Part shown: positions 40,001-48,023 of the stretch, piece by piece | Layout of the letters: each line of letters opens with the position of its first letter | Position numbering within the stretch: position 1 is the stretch's first letter | Source of the DNA: a virus | Taxonomy: Duplodnaviria; Caudoviricetes | Virus record (IMG/VR): IMGVR_UViG_2061766007_000330 | Strand: one strand, 5' to 3' | DNA length: 64,000 nucleotides | Notes under the pieces: model-generated | What the model was told of the DNA's origin: nothing | The model's input: the letters and a program-made list of their open reading frames with translations, nothing else | Database searches by the model: none | Program-made: the position numbers and the translations under genes

Positions 40001-42565
40001 CGGAGACGAATGAACATAAGCGGTATTGTTTGACGCAACAAATGTCTTAATGTGATACTCCCATGTTTCTTCCATCGTGTTTTTTGGACAGATAATGATA
40101 ATCTTGTCTTTTTCCAACTGTTCCATTAGTCCGATGGCGGTCATTGTTTTACCAAGACCCTGATCAAACGACAGAAGATATCCATTTAAATGATTACCGT
40201 CTTTCAGATTAACATACTGATCCAGAAATTCCTGCTGATGCTTGAGGAACTTTACTTTCGGCATTTGCTTCTTAAGCGCCGCTGGATTTGATTTCGTATG
40301 ATAAACTGGTTCTTTTGATACCCATGTCTTATTGTAAATCTCATTAATCAATGACGGTGGAAATTCAAATTTGTTGAGCAGGTAAAGAATCTCAGGTATG
40401 AAGAAATTGTGGATAGCCACTTGTCGTGATGAATAGCCACGTTTTACACCTAAACAATAAGCGAGTTTATCTAATTTTGTTGTGTGGTATTCGTCATGTA
40501 ACGCATTACAAAACGCCTGATACGGGAAATTATCACATACGTAGTAGTTTGATGTGTATGGAATATCTGGCTCTTGCGCCGACTGATCGGAGAATCCTTC
40601 GGTTGATGTTAGAGAATCATTTCTCGGGTGTTCTAGAAGCTGTTCAAATGAATTGTGCTCAGGATGACGCTTTGCATACACACGGAGAATAATTTCACCT
40701 TGGGCCGTCGTTAATCTCTTGCACTGTTTTCTGACTGCATCGACGTATTTTCCGTAGGCAATCGTCCAGAGTTTTGGACGTTTGACATAGTCGTCCAATA
40801 CAGGATAACCCAATTTTGTGTATTTAACAGCGTCTTTAACAGCCTGATAATGACTTCTGTGATAGTTAACGATTCCTTTGATATAGACCTTCGTCAGATA
40901 CCAGCCAATGTCAGGTAAGTTTGCATCAGCCGACATCAGGAAATCACCTAAATCAGATGCAGGAACTTTTTCTTTGAAATCATGATCCGCAATAGCACGA
41001 CAGATAGCCGCCAAATCTTTTGTTTCAAAGATGTCTTTTAGTTCATCACGGGCAATACGTGCGGCAACTACACCGTGATTTTCTCTGCCACAGGTGTATT
41101 TAGCAACATCGTGGTACATGATTGTTGCGTATTCTAGAATTGTCATCGGTGAATTCCGCTGACGACACAGATAGTACCCGTGGTTTAGAACACGTTGTAA
41201 ATGCGGCATGGCGTTTGGACCGTCTTGATGATAATGAGGCAACGCACGTTCACGAATCTTATCTTCCAGTCCTTCTGGAAACTCTCCATAAGGCTCGACG
41301 GAATCCAAGTCGATCTCGATTACAGGTTTGTAGATAAACGTAGGTTCGGAACCGTTGAACTTTGAACCGTTGTATCCTTCACCCATCCGTTTACAATCTT
41401 GTAGCCATTTGTCACACAAGATAGGTACTGTAAGTTTCGAAAAGTCATGCTCATTCAGAACCTGTACCATGACGCTTTCAGTATCTAGTTCTTCTTCATT
41501 GCACCATGTATGGATTCTGTATGCAATAGCCTTCCATTCTGTAATAAATGGTTCAGGGCAGTATCCGTTTTCTGTCCCATAAATGTCGATGACATAAAAA
41601 CCACCAACATCGTGAATTACAATGAACGAATGAGTTTTCATTCCGGTGAATAGAACCACCAGTTTGAATTCGATGTCCAAATCATCGCATTTTGTTCCAA
41701 TAGCCATGGATGCGTCATGGCACATTCCATAGCCGTTTTTAAGATACATCTTTGGCGACTGCACTTGAATGCATTGTGGATCGCCTTCTTCATTTGTAAG
41801 ACGTTTCTTGTTGGTTCCGTACAATCCGTATGGTAAGGATTTAAGCTTTTCAATATAAGGAATTAAATCCTGAAGCGGTGTTTCGGAAGAATTTTTCTTT
41901 GTTGTCCACTTTGCATCTCGTTGCAATGCCAATGCCTCATTACTGAAATCGTATTTCAAATATGTCTCGATTTCGGCTTTAATGGTAGACATTGGAATAG
42001 ATATGAAATGGAGTTGAGCAAACCACGCATCAAAAGATTTCCCGCCTCTTGGATAAGCCAGTCCTTGGTGAATACCGCACATCAGCGGATTTCGTTTTCC
42101 GTCTTTTGCCCAGATAGTAAACCGAAGTGCAACAGCTTCGTTGAACGTGTTGCATTCATATTTTGAATAGTTTTGAGCGCTGTCAGAAACATCAATGACA
42201 ATCCACTTCTTCCGTTGGTTTTCGATGGCAATACAAGGATGGACATAGGCGACATCTGAGAATTGCTCTCTGTTTCTATCAGTGAACATGACACACCGAT
42301 ACTTAAGCCTATATTCACGACACACGTGGTTTAGATAAACCGCAGCGTCGATCTCGTTTCCTTGTTTGTTTTCAACGTATTCCTTGTCTGTTTGAACATA
42401 TAAATCATCACCTTTTGTCAATGGCGATGTTTTCCAAACATGGCTATCGCCTTTGATGACAAAGTTGCCATATTTGGATTCTGCGATGTTCATTAAAGCA
42501 TTTAATATAGCCTTATAAACGTGGTCCGATTCTACGGATTCCACGGAAAAAAACTGTGTTTTCAT
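37094..42565 (-). CDS. Multidomain polyprotein: 2 transglutaminase-like domains, HD domain, SNF2 helicase, permuted NlpC/P60-like domain, vRNAP beta C-terminal fragment (phiKZ gp176-like)
   Basis: GMCHD/THSF/VID triad; H...HD...H...HD...D; DQGLGKT, DESH, SGTP, QASDRVHRIGQ; PGDLI...YCTS; LPIRRQQQFLDEKMS...LTGQVT...PEIQILAARGL..TLHEF.SVRGG. AAGGAG RBS. Confidence 0.85.
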   Translation of the reverse strand: MKTQFFSVESVESDHVYKAILNALMNIAESKYGNFVIKGDSHVWKTSPLTKGDDLYVQTDKEYVENKQGNEIDAAVYLNHVCREYRLKYRCVMFTDRNREQFSDVAYVHPCIAIENQRKKWIVIDVSDSAQNYSKYECNTFNEAVALRFTIWAKDGKRNPLMCGIHQGLAYPRGGKSFDAWFAQLHFISIPMSTIKAEIETYLKYDFSNEALALQRDAKWTTKKNSSETPLQDLIPYIEKLKSLPYGLYGTNKKRLTNEEGDPQCIQVQSPKMYLKNGYGMCHDASMAIGTKCDDLDIEFKLVVLFTGMKTHSFIVIHDVGGFYVIDIYGTENGYCPEPFITEWKAIAYRIHTWCNEEELDTESVMVQVLNEHDFSKLTVPILCDKWLQDCKRMGEGYNGSKFNGSEPTFIYKPVIEIDLDSVEPYGEFPEGLEDKIRERALPHYHQDGPNAMPHLQRVLNHGYYLCRQRNSPMTILEYATIMYHDVAKYTCGRENHGVVAARIARDELKDIFETKDLAAICRAIADHDFKEKVPASDLGDFLMSADANLPDIGWYLTKVYIKGIVNYHRSHYQAVKDAVKYTKLGYPVLDDYVKRPKLWTIAYGKYVDAVRKQCKRLTTAQGEIILRVYAKRHPEHNSFEQLLEHPRNDSLTSTEGFSDQSAQEPDIPYTSNYYVCDNFPYQAFCNALHDEYHTTKLDKLAYCLGVKRGYSSRQVAIHNFFIPEILYLLNKFEFPPSLINEIYNKTWVSKEPVYHTKSNPAALKKQMPKVKFLKHQQEFLDQYVNLKDGNHLNGYLLSFDQGLGKTMTAIGLMEQLEKDKIIIICPKNTMEETWEYHIKTFVASNNTAYVHSSPCSKTAYNNAVKCRYEIYNYDALPYVLQHLKDGHYANKTVGVILDESHNFLREAAKRVQLMVELTNGLRSVPTTDILLMSGTPLKCYGAEMIPMLQMLDPLFDQEAKDMFKDIFGYTVSAAQDVLNARINRVMYRVLRDTLGDSLPDKHELYNMVKMPTGRNYTLSSVKLEIEKYTKERYAYHTKMMPIYEKEVMEALDYVEKTAEGKTSEFESYCSFIIWLHDNQDKIREVGEKIQEANKYEREVFEPLLPTELKKKFQHGKTAYKYLSLKIKGEVLGDLLTRLRMQMTCEMLPASDLVKIIQFAKKKTVVFTSFVETIELCDTYLRQKGMKPLMVYGKNIDMLPQTLDAFKTDPKFNPLIASLKTLSTGATLTVANTVVFVNKPWRSIEYQQASDRVHRIGQDTEVYIYTMLLDTGKEGNLSTRMEDIMKWSDEQFGAIVDGRDVSKDPTSDDAIAAAFHMPSDVLYDPMNKLKQLLGFEGIDPESVDMISEEKFWSVRKDVSDTMKKIPKIDLNKLLASAEPGDLIIPWLKYDMLQGMDKVNNIANMAAEGCSFVSCKIILHNGIVCGYGVGETLNLEKVPLTQYLEHCGGAVLLRHKKRTPEVVRKVIDFIEYVYKHDNSYNRNGVIHTLFRKWFNQDPTFVLGKVSRSRKATHYCTSVMAAAYQFAKCPILLKDGTSATFSLPRDFIANTVSFDYIGCYYDPIDEKSTTNMVVSNLLPRLFNWKSELEELTYVVPDSVPSLEGTVAGKKKDILAYICKICDIADPTHYNSNYYRELIGGMNEKEFAEFMNNVKSGKFKMHLLAPNMKVALQNTNLLKAADELGLKMFHKIWFHDKVTGKKYLSDNEYMVVQLPIRRQQQFLDEKMSVPDDDKSIDGLTGQVTADSKSCGVTNPEIQILAARGLEATLHEFVSVRGGSIANYAEFKRNLEETGSASLNTLDASNRPRATVTAGILLRGMHLRSNI

Positions 42566-42603
42566 AAAGGTTACTCCTTGGCTGTAAAATTTGCTATACG
42601 ATG

Positions 42604-42632
42604 ACTCGGGTACGTGGAAAACGTACCCGAGT
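42604..42632. terminator. Intergenic hairpin
   Basis: ACTCGGGTACGT-ggaaa-ACGTACCCGAGT. Confidence 0.75.
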
Positions 42633-42642
42633 TTCTCGTAGT

Positions 42643-43134
42643 TTATATGATAAAAAGTCTGATGTTAAACAGAGTAGCCATGGCAATTGTCCATTTGTCT
42701 GTAATAATAAGCGCATCTGCTATTGTCAAATCATCGATAGGTGTAGTCATTGGAGCTTTGAATACGTAATACGTTCCTCCGGCGCATCCGCAGATACGAA
42801 CAAATGCTCCGTCTTTTATGTAGTATGAATTCATGTCCAATGCTCCATAAACAATGTCGAACTTTGTTCGCATTCTTAATAGATTTTTATTCAAACGAAA
42901 TATAGGCAAAAAAGAGAATTCTTCAATTGCCATTTCTTTCGGAACAACAATTTCTGGTTTTGGATACAGATCAAATATCTTTTTTATCCATTGTTGTTTG
43001 TGAGGAGGAACATAGCAAGAATCATGTTCGGTAACCAGCAACACAGGTTCTAGCAAACCCAAAGAATTGCTTGATACATAGTTTAATTTCATGGCATACG
43101 GTGACGCGAATAATGTAATAGGTGTAATAATCAC
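42643..43134 (-). CDS. Hypothetical protein
   Basis: GTG start with AAGGAG RBS; 163 aa; ends at the hairpin. Confidence 0.65.
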   Translation of the reverse strand: MIITPITLFASPYAMKLNYVSSNSLGLLEPVLLVTEHDSCYVPPHKQQWIKKIFDLYPKPEIVVPKEMAIEEFSFLPIFRLNKNLLRMRTKFDIVYGALDMNSYYIKDGAFVRICGCAGGTYYVFKAPMTTPIDDLTIADALIITDKWTIAMATLFNIRLFII

Positions 43135-43232
43135 TTGATCATCTCCTTCCAGTGAATAGGCTTATAAATACGTGACATTTTATAACATCTATACCCAATT
43201 TATTAAAATAACCTAAAGGACTATAAGGTTTT

Positions 43233-43715
43233 ATGGAAGAGAATCAACAACCGCAAGGCGAAACTCCTTGCAAAGATCAGATTGCCGTTTTACTTGCAAA
43301 AGCTGCATGTGATGAAAAGACTGCCGAGTATCAATACCAGATTGCTGCGCATATTGCCAGAGGACCTGGATATTGTGATGTCCACGATGAGTATTTAAAA
43401 CACGCTGATGAAGAGCGTGCACATTTTCAAGAGATTCTTAATCGTCTCGAACAGATTGGTGCTGGGTTTGCGTTCGATCTTTGTGATGTTGCTCAGAAAG
43501 GTAATCCGTGGACACCGATTCAGACAGCTAATGTCAAAGAGCAACTGGCGATTCTTATCAAAGCAGAACAGGACGCACAGACGTTCTACACGAGCATTGT
43601 CAATGCCGCACGTGCTTGCGAAGACTGGATTACCAATCGTCTGTTTAAGAAATTATTGGCGGACGAGTGTGAACATGAGACCGACCTCAAGCGTATTTTG
43701 GAGCATCTTGGATAA
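43233..43715 (+). CDS. Ferritin-like diiron protein (bacterioferritin/Dps-like)
   Basis: DE..A..QY, EERAH, R..Q.G, KAEQDA..FY, DECEH: full ferroxidase ligand pattern. Confidence 0.88.
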   Translation: MEENQQPQGETPCKDQIAVLLAKAACDEKTAEYQYQIAAHIARGPGYCDVHDEYLKHADEERAHFQEILNRLEQIGAGFAFDLCDVAQKGNPWTPIQTANVKEQLAILIKAEQDAQTFYTSIVNAARACEDWITNRLFKKLLADECEHETDLKRILEHLG

Positions 43716-43768
43716 CTGAGCTTGCCCTAGAACGATTTTGGGTACGGGACTCTGAACTCAAGAAAATC

Positions 43769-43946
43769 ATGGACGCAACTCCTAAGACTCAAGACGAACA
43801 AGAGTTTTTACGGCAGGTGCGTCCAGTTGATTTCATCAGCCCCTACCGAGAAGGAGAACTTTGATGATATATTCGTTCGATCCAAACAAAGACAAACTGA
43901 TGATATTGAAAAGAAACTTGACAAATTAGAGGAAGCGACGAAATGA
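43769..43946 (+). CDS. Small protein apparently frameshifted at CCCC (43840-43843); not in the ORF track
   Basis: Removing one C gives MDATPKTQDEQEFLRQVRPVDFISPTEKENFDDIFVRSKQRQTDDIEKKLDKLEEATK*, whose stop overlaps the next ATG (ATGA). Confidence 0.4.
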
Positions 43947-44761
43947 CATTGCTGAACTTACATAATCTTTCGATGGAAGTCGATGATGAGGTATCATCAT
44001 CAAACGTACCGACAATCAGTGAAGATTTGATTCAAAAAGCCACGGATATCGAAGATTCTTTAAAAGAAAACTCTGGTGCATTTAAAGATACTATGTCAGA
44101 CCTTAAATTCGAAGGTGATACACCGTTGCCTAGTCTCCAAACGATAGATAATGCGATTGAAGCTATTCACAAGTTTGTCAATTTATCTTCAACGTTGCTT
44201 GTTACAGTTACACCACAATTTGTTGAAGCCGCAACGATCGTTGCAAGTGTTCAAAACGCAGCATTTGATGTTATCTCAGACGCTACAAAAGTTGATGGTG
44301 TTTTGGAGACAAAAAATCAAGCGCTTGAAGCAGCTAACAAGAAGATAGAAAACGTTTTAAACGCCAAATGGGATGATATTAATAACGTCACACCCTCTAG
44401 CGATGTCTTGAAATTAACATTTAATGTTAAAAAAGAGAATATTAAAAAGTCGCCAAGCGACGGTGGATGGGATGCACAACTTGCGTGGATCAATAGAGCT
44501 GCAACGTGTCTTACTGTATTTGAAAACAGTGGAAAAATACTTTCTAAATTGAAAGAAGAACTCGAGAAGATTAAGAATGAAGCAGAAAAGATTAGTAAGA
44601 AAACGGATACTGAACATACACCTTCTCTTAATAAAATAAAGAACGTCGGAAAACCTATCTATGAAACATCTAGACTCATTCTAGCGTTCCTTAAATTGTT
44701 TGCCTTCTGTGAATCGTACCTATCAAAATTGATTCTTGGCGTTTACAAGGTTCTAGTCTAA
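43943..44761 (+). CDS. Putative processed head protein (helical)
   Basis: MTLLNL leader shared with the next gene (MSLLNL); LSME candidate cleavage site at residue 12. Confidence 0.5.
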   Translation: MTLLNLHNLSMEVDDEVSSSNVPTISEDLIQKATDIEDSLKENSGAFKDTMSDLKFEGDTPLPSLQTIDNAIEAIHKFVNLSSTLLVTVTPQFVEAATIVASVQNAAFDVISDATKVDGVLETKNQALEAANKKIENVLNAKWDDINNVTPSSDVLKLTFNVKKENIKKSPSDGGWDAQLAWINRAATCLTVFENSGKILSKLKEELEKIKNEAEKISKKTDTEHTPSLNKIKNVGKPIYETSRLILAFLKLFAFCESYLSKLILGVYKVLV

Positions 44762-44784
44762 TAACTTTATGGGAGATTTAGAAA

Positions 44785-45216
44785 ATGAGTTTATTAAATT
44801 TAACATCGAATCGTCCCGCGTGTGTTGTTAGCACAGAACAAATCATTATTGATTCGTATGAAAATCGATCCACGTTGATTGATCTGATTAATAAATGCGA
44901 TATGGCGTATGACCAATTGGATCGTATTAATAGACTTTCGGCAGTGTGTGAACGGTACGGGTATACACAATCTATCGAAGCTCTTGTCGGAAGCGAGCTG
45001 TATGAGTTTATGGAACAACATCCAAGCTGTGAGTCTATTACAGTCCTTGCTGCTGTTCTTATTGGACTCGCAATAGCTGCTCTCATTGCATTAATTGGAT
45101 GGTTATTATACAAACTATTCAAAAGCGATGATAAAAAGACAGACGAGAATGGAGTAAACGACACACCAGTTGGTTTAAAAGAAGCTCTTAAGAAGATCGA
45201 AGAAGCGTGTAGGTGA
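44785..45216 (+). CDS. Putative head protein module: propeptide, S-x-E, TM helix
   Basis: LSAVCERYGYTQSIEALVG...PSCE|SITVLAAVLIGLAIAALIALIGWLLYKLFK. Confidence 0.6.
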   Translation: MSLLNLTSNRPACVVSTEQIIIDSYENRSTLIDLINKCDMAYDQLDRINRLSAVCERYGYTQSIEALVGSELYEFMEQHPSCESITVLAAVLIGLAIAALIALIGWLLYKLFKSDDKKTDENGVNDTPVGLKEALKKIEEACR

Positions 45217-45220
45217 TAAA

Positions 45221-46510
45221 ATGGGTGAAACATCAGCAGGACCGCTAATGCGGTCAGCATACTACGTAGAACGTGAAACTGGTGAGATCAATGAAGGAAG
45301 CGTTAAAGAATTTAAAGCAAAATGTAATAAATTTGTTGAAAAATTCGGAAAAGATCTGACATACAATCTCAAAGAAGGATATCCATCCGCTAGTTCTTTG
45401 AATTCATATATGGAAGCTTTAAACGACTTTAACAAAGTATTTACTGACGATCTAGCGACAGAAACACCAGAAAAGTGCAAAAGTATGGTTCAACACGGTG
45501 AAGGAATCGCCGAATTAACTAATATTTTCGAAAAAATAAATCAAGAAGCAGAAGATAACGATACTATTCAAAAAGAAAAACAAGACGAAGGAATAGCATC
45601 TAAAGACGCGTATACGCTAGATCCAAAATTTAACAAATACGAAAAGTCACATCACGCTGCTTTGATTAAAATCTATACAAGCTCTGGTGCTGGTACAAAG
45701 TCATTCCCGTTTGATAACTTTTACAATGCTGTGAATGAAGCAAACCTCGACAAATTTAATGAGGCGAGCATTACAAGTGGAACAGAAAAAGACTATCATA
45801 AACTGAAGGGTCAATGGACTTCAAAAATTATTGATTGTCTTTTACGTCTCGATAAAATGACAAACGCCCTAGAACAGCATCGGACGTCTTTAACGAAGGT
45901 CAAAGACATACTCGATAATTCTGCAAACAAAGCAAAAACTTTTAAGAAAAACGTAAAACACGCACTTAACATACATGTTGCTCATGTTAAGCCGCATTTC
46001 GAAGTGCTTAAAGTCTGTGATACAATTGTCGGAAAGCAGTTTATTTTTTTGGACAAATTTGTAAACTCGTATCACTCTCAAATGAAAGCGCAAGCGATTG
46101 CTTCTCAAAATGCTACAAACAACGAGAACAAATCAACAGAATCGCTGATTCAAACAACAGAGCGATACAACCTTTACGACGAATTCAATGAAAAAGTCAA
46201 AAGAGCCGAATCTGTTTCTTCCATTTACGATAATCTTGCAACACTTTCAGCTGTTTCAAACAAATATGGGTATACAAAATCCATGGAAGCTCTTGTCGGA
46301 AAGGAAATTGACAAATTTGCTGCTTCAGCACCTTCAACTGAAGCACTGTCTACCTTGATGATAGTTGTTATAACAGTTTTGGTTGCTGCTATCCTGGCCG
46401 TTGTAGTTTTTGTGATCTACAAGCTGTTTAAAAAAGGCGGCGCTGGTTCTGAAGCCTGCAAAGCACTTGTGGAAAAAGTAAAAGAAATGACAGGATGGAT
46501 AAACAAATGA
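45221..46510 (+). CDS. Putative head protein carrying a second propeptide/TM module at its C-terminus
   Basis: AGGTGAT RBS; C-terminal KSTE...LSAVSNKYGYTKSMEALVG...PSTE|ALSTLMIVVITVLVAAILAVVVFVIYKLFK. Confidence 0.6.
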   Translation: MGETSAGPLMRSAYYVERETGEINEGSVKEFKAKCNKFVEKFGKDLTYNLKEGYPSASSLNSYMEALNDFNKVFTDDLATETPEKCKSMVQHGEGIAELTNIFEKINQEAEDNDTIQKEKQDEGIASKDAYTLDPKFNKYEKSHHAALIKIYTSSGAGTKSFPFDNFYNAVNEANLDKFNEASITSGTEKDYHKLKGQWTSKIIDCLLRLDKMTNALEQHRTSLTKVKDILDNSANKAKTFKKNVKHALNIHVAHVKPHFEVLKVCDTIVGKQFIFLDKFVNSYHSQMKAQAIASQNATNNENKSTESLIQTTERYNLYDEFNEKVKRAESVSSIYDNLATLSAVSNKYGYTKSMEALVGKEIDKFAASAPSTEALSTLMIVVITVLVAAILAVVVFVIYKLFKKGGAGSEACKALVEKVKEMTGWINK

Positions 46511-46514
46511 ATAC

Positions 46515-46546
46515 CACAGAGGAGAGTCGTGAGACTCTCCTCTGTG
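46515..46546. terminator. Perfect hairpin between convergent genes
   Basis: CACAGAGGAGAGTC-gtga-GACTCTCCTCTGTG. Confidence 0.8.
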
Positions 46547-46547
46547 T

Positions 46548-48023
46548 TTATCTGTTTGTTTCATTTGCTAATACAGAATCACGATACATCTTTACACATG
46601 GCAAGTGCAACAATTTTCGCTCTTCTGCATGTCGACACTGAACATCCAAACGCATGTCAATCAACTCAATATATTCTGGCGTGTTGCCAGATTTCAGTTT
46701 CCTTAAACGACCACGACACTGTTTGGTTGTCGTAACCGCTTTAAAACTAATCGTGTTGATGACTGTGCGCAACATTGGAACATCACGCCCGCATCCACAA
46801 CCTTTCAGAGTTGTTAGAATAATGTCCGCCTCTTCAAAGACGTCTGTGGATTTTCCATAAATGTAATAATCAACTTTGAGTCTGGGATACTGTTTTTCCA
46901 ATTCCTTGACAACTTTAAGAATCATCTCTTTGGTTGCCATGAAAATTACACAACGCTCTCCCTCGTCTTTTCGATTGATGTAATGTGCATCGATTAGCCG
47001 AACCAACGTCCGATACCAAATATCATACGCTCGCTTAGATTTCAACAGTTCCATTTCATAACGGAAATGGTTGTACTTCTGCGATCGAATGGTTTTATTC
47101 TCAGGCACGAGTCCGTAGTAGTAATACGCATAAACATTAATGTATTTGTCTCCGATGTCATCTCCCTTACGCATATGCACAGGGTAAATGAGATTGAAAA
47201 TTCTCAACGTTGATTTATCTGCATTGGCGAATGTTGCTGTCATGTAGATGTTGTTTGCGATATTCGATTGCAAGTCAATCATGGTGTCTGCATAAAAATT
47301 CAAATGGACTTCATCCATGATTTTCGTGCCGACACCATAATCTTTCAGGAATTGTTCGTATGTTGGCAAATACCTGTAATTGTCTTCGTGTTTACACCAA
47401 AGACGCAATGTCTCCAGGGAGAACACGAATATTTCAGGTTTGACGTTCGGTTCGTCGAACATCTGCGCAACCGAATCAAAGCCTCGAACAATGTGGCATT
47501 GGTTGGTTGTTGTGGTAAATTTGATGATACTATCATACCACTGTTCGACAAGTCCTGATACGACAATCATACCAACTTTTCCATACTTCACCATACCAGC
47601 AATCGCAGAAACGGTTTTACCGAAACCCGTAGCAGCAGATATGCCTTTTCGTGTTTCGGAAGGATTTGCAATATAGTCAATAATGGGAACTTGATCATCT
47701 CTCGGAACAAACGAGTCTTTCATTGTAATGGTCAAGTCTCTCGCCGTATTTGGTGGGTCTTGTACATCAGCGACTAACGCACCTGCAGACATCAGTCGGT
47801 CAACCACAAATCCCGTAACCTCAATCGGCATCGTCAAAATACGTGTCGATGTGTTGAATGTCCAGTACCTGTGGTTGAGTTCCGACTTTTTCAATCGATT
47901 GTTGAATACATAATCTGCGCAAAATCGATAAAGTGTCTGAAAGATGTGATCGCTGAATGGATAGAACTCCGGCAGTTTTACACGAGCGGCTGTACTGCCT
48001 CGGTGAACAACGATCGTGTCCAT
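46548..48023 (-). CDS. SF2 DExH helicase (UvsW / phiKZ gp75-like)
   Basis: ATGFGKT, DEVH, TAT, G.DVP.L, QCRGRLR; follows nvRNAP beta'-C as in phiKZ. Confidence 0.9.
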   Translation of the reverse strand: MDTIVVHRGSTAARVKLPEFYPFSDHIFQTLYRFCADYVFNNRLKKSELNHRYWTFNTSTRILTMPIEVTGFVVDRLMSAGALVADVQDPPNTARDLTITMKDSFVPRDDQVPIIDYIANPSETRKGISAATGFGKTVSAIAGMVKYGKVGMIVVSGLVEQWYDSIIKFTTTTNQCHIVRGFDSVAQMFDEPNVKPEIFVFSLETLRLWCKHEDNYRYLPTYEQFLKDYGVGTKIMDEVHLNFYADTMIDLQSNIANNIYMTATFANADKSTLRIFNLIYPVHMRKGDDIGDKYINVYAYYYYGLVPENKTIRSQKYNHFRYEMELLKSKRAYDIWYRTLVRLIDAHYINRKDEGERCVIFMATKEMILKVVKELEKQYPRLKVDYYIYGKSTDVFEEADIILTTLKGCGCGRDVPMLRTVINTISFKAVTTTKQCRGRLRKLKSGNTPEYIELIDMRLDVQCRHAEERKLLHLPCVKMYRDSVLANETNR

